Below are positions 9,236-20,300 of a stretch of DNA of 35,917 bases, piece by piece. Both the position numbers and the translations under genes were made by a program. The notes below the pieces were generated by a model that saw nothing but the letters and a program-made list of their open reading frames with translations, did no database searches and was not told where the DNA came from. The stretch's first letter is position 1. Every line of letters begins with the position of its first letter. The stretch lies in the IMG/VR virus record IMGVR_UViG_3300044637_000453, positions 1 through 35,917 of that record; one strand, 5' to 3'. Origin of the DNA: a virus (taxonomy: Duplodnaviria; Caudoviricetes).

Positions 9236-11901
9236 TATAATGATGATATTTTACCAGCTAAATTAAAAATATTTGGAAACCTAACTCTATCAGTAATATT
9301 TAAATAAGAATTCGAAGCTATTCCTGTAAATAATTTCATATAACTTTGCAATAAATGATTATTAACTTTTCTATTTTCATCATTAAATAGAACTCTATTG
9401 TAACATAAAATATCAAAAAAACTAGTAGACATTGCAGTGTCGTTATTTTCTAATCTAAATGTTGTAGATAATATTTCTGAAATAAAGTTATTTATATTTC
9501 TTGCTGATGATTCTGTACTAAAATTTAAATCATAAAAAGTATGCAATTGCCCGTTTACGTATATTGTATAAACCGATCCAGTTCTTTTTATATTTAAAAT
9601 GAATGGATATATCGTGAAAGAACTAGTATTCAAACATTTAGACAATTGATAATATGAATTTGCAGCCCCTTTATTGAATAAAAAGAAATCTTTTGTCGCT
9701 TCATTATTAATTTTAAAATTGTACAATAAAGAAGTGAAAAAATTAAAAGTATTAGACTCTGCAAAATTATTAATAGAAACATTTGTATCAGTGAATTGTT
9801 TGAAATTTACGTGTTTTTGGCTTATCTTGGTTGCGTCTGCATACCAATTTATCAAGTTGAAGGTTTTTGGTGGAGTCATTGTTCCCCCAAAACAACCAAC
9901 TAGATACAAATCAAAATTCTTACAAGTTGATGAGCCAGAAATAAGCCCAGAAAGAGAACCGTTTGTAATAGTTAAAGCTCTGTATCCTGTTGAATTAAAA
10001 TTAGAATTATATGAAACTCCTCCGCTTAACGTATTTAAAGTAAAAATTGTTGAAGCGTTATTGTTTTGTGCTACCCAAGATGACGAGCTTGTCAATAAAG
10101 AATTTTCTAATCTAAAAATATAATCAGTAGGTATATCAGTGTTGTATAAAGAATACCTTAACGACGAATTAGAGTATTTTTTAATTAAATTTCCAGCTTG
10201 AGAAACTGCGCCAGGCATACTTACAAAACTTAAACCTCTTGGATTACCATCTATAGGAAAACTATTTACGTCAGTGTATATTTCAGGTTGATAATACTTA
10301 TCTCTACTAAAACTAAAAGTAGAAATCTGATCTAAATATTTAAAATAAAAAGTATTAGAACCGTCTTCTCCATATTCTGATTTATTTGAGAAAAAAGAAG
10401 CAACAATAGTAGACGATGTAGTAATTGCGTCTCCATTTCTAACATGAGTGGCTTGTCCTCTAAATAGATCATATTTAGTATTTATTCCATATTTATTAAA
10501 AGCTCCATTTAATTGATAAAGAGTCCCTTTTATTAAATTATCAGAACTTAAACCATAAGCCTCACCAACTCCTGCAATTTCAGCTATGCCAGCTTTATTA
10601 CCACCTCCACCAGCAGCTATGAAACTATTTTTTTCCGTATAAATATTATAAATAAAATCTTTTATATCCTTATCTGTTTTAGCGTCTAATTTTAATACAT
10701 TTCCACCAGATTTTGAATCTGATAATGTTGGGTTTGTTTTATTGTATTCTGCTGTTGTTTTGTCTAACACGCTTTGTAGAAACCCTTTTTTATCAGTATT
10801 CATCCACACATCAGAAGTAATAATATCTCCACCTTTTCCAAAGTTTCCAATTATATTGCAATTGTAAGGTATGTAAAAATTAATAAAAGTACCATTTGCA
10901 TCTCCCGTGAAGTTTTGTAATACTACATTATTTAAATCGACAGCATAACTATTTTCATCTTTAGAAGAGAACGTTGAATTTCCTGGAAAATAAACATTTA
11001 TACCGGAATAAAATGTAAAATCAGAAATTGTTTGATTTGTTTTTAATATTTTTTGTGATAAATCGTAATTTATGTAATTACCATTTTCTATATAAACGTT
11101 TAATGCTTTTTTCTTGAATTCAATGTTTGGTTTAACTCCAGAATTTCCATTAATAACTTCTTCAGACAACTGTTCACTAACCGAATCTATACCTGTAGCA
11201 TAAATACTTATTCCAGTATTGTTAGTGCTATATGTATAAATTCTTGCATAATAACCAGTGTCTAAAATTAAAGTTGGAAAATCTTTTTTAGAAACATTTA
11301 CTGTATTTTCTAATTCTGGATATCCATAAAAAGACGCAAATTTAGGATTGTTTGTCGTGTTTTGAGCGCTAATTATTCCAGTCGTAAAAACGGTATTTGT
11401 TACAAAATCAGTACCTGTTGCAATATCTAATTGATATCCTGTAAAATAATAATTTTTCAAAGATCCAGTACCAGTTGGAGGTAACCAGCTAAAATCATAA
11501 TTAATTCCATTATTTACATCGTAATTTTTTAAAGCTACAAATTTACGCACTGCTCCTGCTGTATTGGTTATTATTCTTGATCCAGTTGCATTTATTGTTA
11601 TTAAACCGCTTGGATCAATAGCTCCATCTTCAACAGATTGACTAAAGATTGTAAAATCCGCTGTTTCATCAGCCGCAGAAGCAGTGATTGTTGGTTTATA
11701 AAATATATAAAAGACTCCAGTCGAACCGTTATTAATTATTAATTCAGAATTAGATGTAGAAAAGACATTTGTATTATTTTTGACATCAATAGCGTACTCT
11801 ACATCAGAATTTCCACTATTATAAATTACTACTGGATAACTAGATCCAAAACCCGTCAAGCATTCACCAATATGTTTTCCTGTTGTATTTACATATGTCA
11901 T
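9235..11901 (-). CDS. Tail-tip-associated protein with putative Ig/FN3-like N-terminal domains, Gly-rich segment and C-terminal LamG/lectin-like domain
   Basis: Beta-rich 888-aa ORF between M and L; FSWLPP..GYQLDI..YYARIY is FN3-like; IAAGGGG; IYVNG...DILCYNRVL...VNNHL is LamG-like. Confidence 0.55.
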   Translation of the reverse strand: MTYVNTTGKHIGECLTGFGSSYPVVIYNSGNSDVEYAIDVKNNTNVFSTSNSELIINNGSTGVFYIFYKPTITASAADETADFTIFSQSVEDGAIDPSGLITINATGSRIITNTAGAVRKFVALKNYDVNNGINYDFSWLPPTGTGSLKNYYFTGYQLDIATGTDFVTNTVFTTGIISAQNTTNNPKFASFYGYPELENTVNVSKKDFPTLILDTGYYARIYTYSTNNTGISIYATGIDSVSEQLSEEVINGNSGVKPNIEFKKKALNVYIENGNYINYDLSQKILKTNQTISDFTFYSGINVYFPGNSTFSSKDENSYAVDLNNVVLQNFTGDANGTFINFYIPYNCNIIGNFGKGGDIITSDVWMNTDKKGFLQSVLDKTTAEYNKTNPTLSDSKSGGNVLKLDAKTDKDIKDFIYNIYTEKNSFIAAGGGGNKAGIAEIAGVGEAYGLSSDNLIKGTLYQLNGAFNKYGINTKYDLFRGQATHVRNGDAITTSSTIVASFFSNKSEYGEDGSNTFYFKYLDQISTFSFSRDKYYQPEIYTDVNSFPIDGNPRGLSFVSMPGAVSQAGNLIKKYSNSSLRYSLYNTDIPTDYIFRLENSLLTSSSSWVAQNNNASTIFTLNTLSGGVSYNSNFNSTGYRALTITNGSLSGLISGSSTCKNFDLYLVGCFGGTMTPPKTFNLINWYADATKISQKHVNFKQFTDTNVSINNFAESNTFNFFTSLLYNFKINNEATKDFFLFNKGAANSYYQLSKCLNTSSFTIYPFILNIKRTGSVYTIYVNGQLHTFYDLNFSTESSARNINNFISEILSTTFRLENNDTAMSTSFFDILCYNRVLFNDENRKVNNHLLQSYMKLFTGIASNSYLNITDRVRFPNIFNLAGKISSL

Positions 11902-13901
11902 AATTTTATTAACGTATTAAAATATATGTCCGACTCTGTTAAACCTTTAAATTCTATAAATTTGACTGAAAGATCATGATTATTTTTAAATTTATATGAA
12001 TGATTCCATTCTGGACAATAAACATTTATTAATTTATTATAAGGGGCTGGCAATGTCATTTCAAAAATTTTAAAACCAGCATTCGAATCTAAAAATTTTA
12101 AAATAGCTTCAGTTTCTTTATCAGATCTATTTGATAAATTATATGTAAATTCTAAATTAGTTTTATTAATTCCATAGTTCTCATAAGCAGCGGCAGAATT
12201 ATTGAATTCTGTTTTTGTAAATTTTGGAGAAATTGGAATTTCAAAATCTAATTCTGGTTGAAAATAAAAAGATCTTGTAAATAATGAATTTGCTCCAGAA
12301 GGTCTTTGCGTATGTGCGGGAATAGTATTATCTATTCCAGTATACCAATAATAACCTTTTTGACTTTCTGCATTTGTATTATAATAGACTACGTCATTCT
12401 TAAAATAAGATTTAGTTTCGTTAAAAAAAGAAGTTACATCTTTTCCAGTAACCTGAAACCCTCTATAGTCTAAACTAGAATCATAAGCTGATTCGCATTT
12501 GATTGAAATCTTATTTAAATTAGCTTCTACCGAATTATATTGCAAATCAGAAAAATAAATTTTTGAGTTGTTTTTATATGGAAAGAATAAATCTATTTTA
12601 ACATTTTCATAAGAATCAAGAATATTTTTAGGAGTATATTCGAAAGTGTTTTGAAAAAATCCTATTAGACATTTAGCTTGAATATCAGTAAGACCATCAT
12701 AATTTAAATTAAATTGTGAATTTAAATTATTTATATTAGGTATTACATTTGTAAAATAATTATCTCCATAGTTCATTCTTTCGGCTTTTGTAGAAAAACT
12801 GGCCGAACATCCATATGTTTTATTAAAAACAGAATCGATTTCTTTTGTTAGATATTGAGATCCAGTTATATTTATTGGAGAATAACGATAATCAGAAACA
12901 GTAAAATTAGATTTACAAATATATAAGCCATCATCATTTGTAAAATGTTTTTCAAAAAGATATTTTTCTACCGCCAATATATCATCATCAGTTGGTGTTT
13001 TAGCAAAACCCAATATTTCATAATAAGAAATATCTGAACCATCATAATTAAATACATTATTTTGAGAAGGATGATTATTATTTGCCGCGCCTATCATTAA
13101 ACCACTGCATCCAGAATTGAAATGATTTGTGCTGTTTATATTTAATAATTCATATCCATTGTTTCTTAATCTTAAATTATTTGTCGTATCATTTTTTATA
13201 ATAGAAATAATGTTCTTATTGCTCAATACCTTAGAAGCAGAAAAAGCTGAATTTACATTTAATGGATTATTCTCTGCACTTCCTGTTGCATTAATGACAA
13301 ATTGTTGAGAACCAACAGAAGTATTTAAATTCCATTTATATATATCAGTATTACCGGAGATCCCTAAAAAACCGCTGCTTGCGCAATCTGTTGGATATCT
13401 TGAAGCGGCGTATAAATCTGTATCAATTATACTTGCTATGTTTGGTTTTATTGTAAAGCCGTAATCACCTCTTCTTAAATCATCAAACTCATAAACAATA
13501 AACCAACAACGATCCCCAGTCAAAAAACCAACAAAACCGTCGCCAGTGGTAAATAAACTATTAAGAGTAAAATTTGAAAAATCAGCTTCAAAACTAACAC
13601 AATTTTTATTTTGATTATAAAAAGGACGATTTTGACTTGAAGTGGTATTATTTAAATCTTGACCTATTTCATGACCTACAGCGTTATTATACCATTTATA
13701 AATACGTCCTGATGCATCAAATTCTAGATTATTTAAATCATCGAGATTGAACCATGCGTAAAGACCAGACAAATTAGTTGGATCTTTTAAATTGCCAGTA
13801 AAATATTCAAAGTCAACTAAATTATATTGCACATAAGAATCGCCAATATCAAAATTAGCTATTCCAGAAACTGAAAACTGCGTGTCTAAAAATTTACTCA
13901 T
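11898..13901 (-). CDS. Distal tail protein with two lambda gpM-like domains and an inserted LamG/lectin-like domain
   Basis: Two segments of gpM pattern (MNYGDNY..NINNL..FNLNYDG..AKCLIGFF; FNNS..YGINK..FTYNLSNRSDKETEAILKFL..AGFKIFEMTLP..YCPEW..LSVKFIE); DPTNLSGLYAWF...YEILGF...VEKYL lectin-like insert. Confidence 0.75.
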   Translation of the reverse strand: MSKFLDTQFSVSGIANFDIGDSYVQYNLVDFEYFTGNLKDPTNLSGLYAWFNLDDLNNLEFDASGRIYKWYNNAVGHEIGQDLNNTTSSQNRPFYNQNKNCVSFEADFSNFTLNSLFTTGDGFVGFLTGDRCWFIVYEFDDLRRGDYGFTIKPNIASIIDTDLYAASRYPTDCASSGFLGISGNTDIYKWNLNTSVGSQQFVINATGSAENNPLNVNSAFSASKVLSNKNIISIIKNDTTNNLRLRNNGYELLNINSTNHFNSGCSGLMIGAANNNHPSQNNVFNYDGSDISYYEILGFAKTPTDDDILAVEKYLFEKHFTNDDGLYICKSNFTVSDYRYSPINITGSQYLTKEIDSVFNKTYGCSASFSTKAERMNYGDNYFTNVIPNINNLNSQFNLNYDGLTDIQAKCLIGFFQNTFEYTPKNILDSYENVKIDLFFPYKNNSKIYFSDLQYNSVEANLNKISIKCESAYDSSLDYRGFQVTGKDVTSFFNETKSYFKNDVVYYNTNAESQKGYYWYTGIDNTIPAHTQRPSGANSLFTRSFYFQPELDFEIPISPKFTKTEFNNSAAAYENYGINKTNLEFTYNLSNRSDKETEAILKFLDSNAGFKIFEMTLPAPYNKLINVYCPEWNHSYKFKNNHDLSVKFIEFKGLTESDIYFNTLIKL

Positions 13902-14728
13902 AATGAATTCCTAAGTGGAGCAACCCTTTGGCTAATTGCCATAGTGCTTTGTAATATTCCATTTGAATCTATATTCAAAGATCTTGAATCCAATCTACCA
14001 GATATACTAAAAGTATTTAATAAATTATTATTATAATCTTTTAAATATATATCGCAAATAGATTCTATACCCTCAATATCTAAAACATTAGATTTTTTAA
14101 AATAATTACCATCAACTGATACCGCTTTTGCTTTATTTATTTTTGCTACTCTAAATGGCGTTATTTCACCATTTTTATAAAATGGAACTCTATCACAACT
14201 TTCATTATATGAATAACTAAAAATCTCAGAAAATCCAAAAACATTAGATAAATCAGATATATAAGAATTATTTGAATGAGAAATCTGTGTTAATTTTTGC
14301 ACGGCTGGACCAGTTGGCCCACTTGGCCCACCTATATCATTATTCTTTAAATTATATGTACTATTTGTAGAGTTTATTTTTCCATACCAATCAAAATCAA
14401 TACTTAATAAAATAGGAGAAAATTGCGATGCTGTAAAACTTATACTTTTAACATAACAATTTTCAACAGAAACGCCACCAAAACTACAATTTATACTTGA
14501 CTCTGAAGAGTTTACTATATTAAGATAATTTGGTAACGATCCAGTAAGATAAAATTCTGTAGATAACGATCCAACCACAGTCTCTTGAGGAGCGTATCTC
14601 AATAAACTTCCATCAGCTAATAAAACTGGTTGAATATTAGATCTTAAAGAAATTTTAACAGATGTAGAATAAAAAATTTCGCTATTTATTCTAAAATCTA
14701 AATTTTCATATTTTATGAATTTACTCAT
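13898..14728 (-). CDS. Tail-tube-fold baseplate/tail initiator protein (paralogue of the major tail protein)
   Basis: CYVKSISFTAS...LSIDFDWYG and IFSYSYNESCDRVPFYKNG resemble segments of 28964..30298 and 16474..17373. Confidence 0.55.
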   Translation of the reverse strand: MSKFIKYENLDFRINSEIFYSTSVKISLRSNIQPVLLADGSLLRYAPQETVVGSLSTEFYLTGSLPNYLNIVNSSESSINCSFGGVSVENCYVKSISFTASQFSPILLSIDFDWYGKINSTNSTYNLKNNDIGGPSGPTGPAVQKLTQISHSNNSYISDLSNVFGFSEIFSYSYNESCDRVPFYKNGEITPFRVAKINKAKAVSVDGNYFKKSNVLDIEGIESICDIYLKDYNNNLLNTFSISGRLDSRSLNIDSNGILQSTMAISQRVAPLRNSL

Positions 14729-16470
14729 TAAATAATAATGTATTTTAAAGAGCTTGTTACTTTTACTGGAATATTTAATGTTGTAAAATCCGACTTAAAT
14801 AATCTAAATTGAAGCAACTGACCAGAAGTAAAACTTCCAAACGTAGTGAATACTATTTCAGCTATTTGATTAGTATTTAATGTTACTGTTCCACTACATT
14901 TGACATTAGCATAATCTCCAGTTGTATTTATATTGTTATAACCGTTTGTAGCCGTAACTGCTGGAGTTATTGCGTAAAATTGAAAAACAACATTAGTGGC
15001 AATCGTGTCTGATGTTAATAATTTTACTCTTTCTAATTTACCATTATACATTGACACTCCAAATGGAGCATCATTATTAAAGTTACCACTACTAACCGTA
15101 GAAGAACCATTAACACCGAAAGGATCTATATATATATTTGATGTGCCAGTTAAACTTGAATTATGCACTTCAATAAAATGACCTTTACAGTAAGAAGAGT
15201 TTGTTGTAAATCTCCCATCAATATCAAAATCACCAACTGTAGATAATTTTGCGACAACATTTGGGCTTGTTCCAAAATAACCTCCTTTTATAAAAACAAA
15301 ATCATCTGATCCACCGAATGTTGTATCATTATATATATTGCCTATAGACCATTTATCTGTATCTACTGCACTATCATATCTAGAAAAAGTTGCAAATGAA
15401 TTTCTTGGACCAGTATCTGCACCACCTATAGCTTTATTAGCAGCTATAATTATTTCACATGTTTTAACCGTTCCAGTGTTGGCGAAGTGAGCTACTGTTT
15501 CAGAAGATATTGTATTAACGTCTAATTTATATTGTGGAGCGCTTATTCCAAGCCCCAATAAACCTTCTCCAGCGTGACTATAAACTAAATTTGAAACCGA
15601 ATCGTCATAAGATGGACCAAGGTAAGTTTTATTATTTATTACCCCAAAATATCCAGAATCAACTGTATTTCCTAAAGCTAAAGTTGTATTATTTGTATTA
15701 CCATCTAATCTAGTTACTATTCCAGATCCGCTTACGTTTAATGGCGCATAAGGAGTTGTAGTATTAATTCCAACTTTTGGTAATAATAAATCATTATCAA
15801 TATATATAGCATTATATCCTAATCTAATATCAGCTAAATTATTATAATTTATTGAAAATACTTCATCAGTAGCGTTAGTTTTTATTTCACCATTATACGG
15901 ATCTAATATAATTGAATTCCCAGAATTTTGAAATTCAGAAAACTCGCCACTTACTAAAAATTTTCTTGTTAAAGCTCCAGTAGTTCCATGAAACGCAAAA
16001 TTTCCACTTTGATCAACAACCATTAAATTAGTAAAAGTGCTGCCATTATTTATTGATGATTCTAAATATAATTTTGTATCATTAGGTTGTTTTGCTATTT
16101 GATAATACAGGTTTGGATCTGTTATAGAAATTCCAATTTTTCTAGCTGCGCTAGACGTACTAATTCTAATTTGACCTGATCCATTCGTTGCGCTTGTATT
16201 ATCAGCAACATCTAATGATACATAAGGAGTTTTATCATTTACACCAACAAATCCATTACTACCACTTACTGTTAAACCAACAAGACCCGCACTTTCAAAT
16301 AAAGAAATACCACTAGCGTTTTGTGCTGTTAGATAATTAAAAGACTTGGCTAATTCAGATCTTTCTATTTTATTATTATTGGCGGACGTAGAATCTGAAA
16401 CTAAAAAGATATCTGTATCTACAACAGCGCTTCCTAATTTTGCCGATAAGCTTGAAAGTGTTATTGACAT
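14728..16470 (-). CDS. Tail fibre / spike-like protein
   Basis: N-terminal ITLSSL..DTDIFLV..NNKI anchor-like segment; repeated VGVNDKTPYVSLDV, VGINTTTPYAPLNV, LGLGISAPQYKLDV fibre motifs. Confidence 0.7.
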   Translation of the reverse strand: MSITLSSLSAKLGSAVVDTDIFLVSDSTSANNNKIERSELAKSFNYLTAQNASGISLFESAGLVGLTVSGSNGFVGVNDKTPYVSLDVADNTSATNGSGQIRISTSSAARKIGISITDPNLYYQIAKQPNDTKLYLESSINNGSTFTNLMVVDQSGNFAFHGTTGALTRKFLVSGEFSEFQNSGNSIILDPYNGEIKTNATDEVFSINYNNLADIRLGYNAIYIDNDLLLPKVGINTTTPYAPLNVSGSGIVTRLDGNTNNTTLALGNTVDSGYFGVINNKTYLGPSYDDSVSNLVYSHAGEGLLGLGISAPQYKLDVNTISSETVAHFANTGTVKTCEIIIAANKAIGGADTGPRNSFATFSRYDSAVDTDKWSIGNIYNDTTFGGSDDFVFIKGGYFGTSPNVVAKLSTVGDFDIDGRFTTNSSYCKGHFIEVHNSSLTGTSNIYIDPFGVNGSSTVSSGNFNNDAPFGVSMYNGKLERVKLLTSDTIATNVVFQFYAITPAVTATNGYNNINTTGDYANVKCSGTVTLNTNQIAEIVFTTFGSFTSGQLLQFRLFKSDFTTLNIPVKVTSSLKYIII

Positions 16471-16473
16471 ATT

Positions 16474-17373
16474 TTAATTTAAATATCCTTTGTAATTAAG
16501 TTTTACACTTAAAATCTCATCCGCATTCGAATTAAATTCTTGAGACACTAATTTAACATTATTAAAAGATTGATTAAACAAAGAAACCCCAACAGATGTC
16601 CTAGCCACAATTAAATCATCTATTCCAACATCTAAATCTTGATTTGAATCTGCCAATAAATTTTGATCTTGCAGAACAGCGCCAACAATTAACAAACTAA
16701 ACGAAGAATCAATATCATTATTTAATTGCTCGTATAATTTTCTGGATTGAAAATCATCAATTTCAATATTAAAACTTACGCTTATTTCTATAGGAAAATC
16801 ACACAATACCTCATATGGAATATAATTATTTGATGTTTGCAATGTATAAATTGGTTTTTTAGGAGAATTTATAGAATAATCGAAATTAGTTATTCTATTA
16901 GATGAAGAGCCGCTACATGTTATACTTATGTCTTTTACCTGCGGAACAGTAACGTATCTTGCTTGTCTAGTGCCTGATGCTGAGTATCCAGATCCTATAT
17001 CTCCAAAAACTTGAATACTCATCGAAGTCTGTGGAATATCACCCACCGAACAAGACAAGCCAAAAGAACTTAAATATCCACTTTGAAATCCTATTGATCT
17101 ATTATTATAATTTATGCTTCCAGCAAAACTAGGAGCTATTAAATTATTTTTTTGACCTGTAAAATTTAAAAACGGCTCATTATATACTAAATATTTATTA
17201 ACATTAAATTCAGCCGTAGGTACATCCGCAATTACTTGTTTATTATACCCAATTCCTATTGTGTTAATTGGCGCATAATTAATTGAATACGAACCATCAA
17301 CTGATATAACCCCTGAAATAGCTTGGCCGTCAAGATAAAAAACATTTTCATAATTAAGTATTGTATTTTTCAT
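16474..17373 (-). CDS. Tail-tube-fold protein directly downstream of the TMP (paralogue of the major tail protein)
   Basis: GYLSSFGLSCSVGDIPQTSMSIQVFG aligns by eye with GFVSEYSFEASVGAIPTASVTVEAFN of the major tail protein. Confidence 0.65.
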   Translation of the reverse strand: MKNTILNYENVFYLDGQAISGVISVDGSYSINYAPINTIGIGYNKQVIADVPTAEFNVNKYLVYNEPFLNFTGQKNNLIAPSFAGSINYNNRSIGFQSGYLSSFGLSCSVGDIPQTSMSIQVFGDIGSGYSASGTRQARYVTVPQVKDISITCSGSSSNRITNFDYSINSPKKPIYTLQTSNNYIPYEVLCDFPIEISVSFNIEIDDFQSRKLYEQLNNDIDSSFSLLIVGAVLQDQNLLADSNQDLDVGIDDLIVARTSVGVSLFNQSFNNVKLVSQEFNSNADEILSVKLNYKGYLN

Positions 17374-17374
17374 T

Positions 17375-20300
17375 TTATGCTTTTCTTGTACCAGCTAATG
17401 AACCGCCAAATCTTTGTTGTTCACGAATAACATCAAGAACTGCTCCATATATTTTAGTATTAAGATTATTTGATAATTCAACATCTTGCTGTTTATATGT
17501 TGAACTATCTGCTCCCATTTGTATAGCACCGTCTCTATTAACTGAAGTATTAAAATTAAATGAATTACTAGCATTACTATTATTAACAGTATTAGAATTA
17601 TTAGCTACAGCAGATGTTCCCCCGCCTTGCATTCCTACATCATACTGTTTAACCATTGGGCTATTATATAATCCACCTTCCATATAACCAGGAATTGTAT
17701 CTGATAAACGAGAACCTATTGAACCACCAGTCTGACGACCCATAGGTTTTGTAACTAAAGCTCTATTTGGCCCAAATGATGGTCCTGATAAAAATGAATT
17801 AAATCCTGATTGTATATTAGTTGGACCTTTATACTCAAAATTATTTCCTAATAATCCAGATTTTTGAAATTTAGCTAAAGACCCAAGCTCTGAATTTGTC
17901 ATTCCAGCGCCTCCAGTTGCATTTAGTTTGGCGGATAAAGTTTGAGCTTTACCGGCTTGGATATTTCCCATTTTATTAGATATTCCAGCGCCTATTCCAA
18001 TTGTTGCTATAGAAGCTACAATAGATCCAACCATTTGGGCTGTTTGAGCTTGTCTTGCGCGTTTCTTTTGTCTGGCTTGTTCAGCCTTTTGTATTTCAGC
18101 GTCACGTAATTCTTTGTATAATGAACTATTTTCAAGACCAAAAGTAGTCATACCATCTTCCATTGACTTTATATCACTCAATTCCGCATTGAACGCTCCA
18201 CCACTAGCGAAACGAGGCGCAGCAGAGAAATTCAAAGTATCAAGAGCGGCAGGACCACCCATTGCCATTACCGCTCTTCTATTTAATACATATTCACCAT
18301 TCTCAAGCATGGCTGGATATTTATCTCCAGAACCAGTTCCAGAAACATACATGCCAGATTGTGCGCGTACAACACCTCCTTTTTGAGCCGTAAATAGACT
18401 TTCAATTCCTGATCCACTTATCAATTTTGAAACACCAACCTCCATTAATCTATTACTAATAGTATCTAAGAAATTAGCAGCAACACCTAAAAGAGCATCA
18501 CCAAGATTATCAGTTTCTTTTACTGCCGCTTTTATAGCATTTACCATTCCATCTCTAAAAAGCATAGGCGTATCTTTTGCCAATCTATTTAATCCAGTAT
18601 CAGCATCTTCTTGTATTTGATCGAAACCTTCTTTGAATCCCATCCTTATCGATTGTCTATCTTTAGCTTCTTGTCTAACTTTACTATTCAAAATGTCTTG
18701 TATTGAACGCATTTTATCTAATTCATCAACATTAGAATTTAATATGCTATTAATTTCTTTTTCTGTATCTGCTAATGTTTTGGCGGCTTCACCTTGCAAA
18801 CCATATTGATTTCTAATATTCGATAATTCTGAAACAAAAGCTTTAGCTTGATCAACATTAGTTACCTTGCTTGTATCAAGATTTGCTATAGCTGTTCTAG
18901 CTTTTTCCGCTCTATCTGTTTGTTCTTTATTTAAAGGTCCATAAGATCCTTCTTGAAGCAAAGGATTTATACTTTCTGCTTTTATTTTACTTCTATAGGT
19001 TTCAAATTGACTCAACTGTTGTTGAACGTTTTGAGTTGCTTGTGCATTTTGACGGCGCTGTCTTAATGCTAAATTTTGTTCATCAAAGCCTATTTGTTTT
19101 TCAGCTTTTCCTGTGACTCCTAATCCAAAGAAATTTGCTGGTCTAGATTTTGCAGCCTCTAATCTTTGCTCTTCAATTTCAATTGTATTTAAAATTCCTC
19201 TTTGAGCTTTTTCAATTTGCAATAAAGTATTAAGGCGATATATATATGCATTATTTATTCTATCGTTTACGTCAGCAATTTTGATATCAGCTTGAGAATT
19301 TGATTCAAAAATTTTAGATTCTTTATCAAGACCAATTAATGTTTGAGATATAATCCCCATTTGTTCTTGCAAAGGTTTATATAAAACTGAAGTTTGATCG
19401 ATATTTGAAAAGATATATTCTAAATTTTTTCTAAAACTCTCTAATGAAGCTGGATCATTTATTTTATCAAGCATATCATCTAAATTAAATAAATCTGTCA
19501 TATCAGATATATTTACTTTATCAACACCTAAATTTTTATATAAATTAGGTTGTTCTGATATAGATACTTTTTCAATTTCTTGAAATGCAGTTTTTATTGG
19601 GGTTAATATAGGAAAAAGTGTACTTTTAAGTTGCGATTTTACGTTTCCTAAAGTATCCGCCCTTGTTAAAGACTGTCTTTCCATCATCAATCCTCTATTT
19701 TGCATTATAGTTTCTCTATTTATTCGGCCTTCAGATACTCCAAATCCAAAACCAGGCGTTTTTCTAGTATTTTGTAAATCATTCTCTCTTATATCAATGT
19801 TTGCTTTTTGACCAGCAATAGAAATTGCTCGTTTTGTATCGCTTTCTATTAATTTATTTTGTAAGATTAATAATCTTTCTGTACTTTCTGCTTTTCTTTT
19901 AGCAACATCGTTCTCAAGAGCGCTTAAAGAAAGATTTTCTTTTTTAGTTTGAATTAATAACATCAAAGAATCTCGCTCTTTTTTTAATTCAGCGTTTAAT
20001 GATTTTACCTCGTTTGGATCGACATTTTTATATCCCGCTGCGCTTGTAGCTTCTACAGAATTTGTATTTTTAATTAATTCATTTATTTGGCTTAATTGTT
20101 GTTCTGGAGATGAAGTTTTAAAACTTTCAATTAATTTTTCAAGTTTTCCAAGCGTACCAGCATCAGATCCACCTAATGTTTTAGGTAATTTTGAACCAAT
20201 ATTTTGTTCAAAATCAGAGGTGAATTTCATTCTAGATGCTTCTGTTTTAGTTTGAGTTTCTCTATTTCTAGAAGATATTTCTCTTGAAGCTTTTTCTAAA

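Noticed and set aside
14301-14335. GGPSGPTGP mini collagen-like stretch
   Set aside because: Only three triplets; likely a flexible loop.
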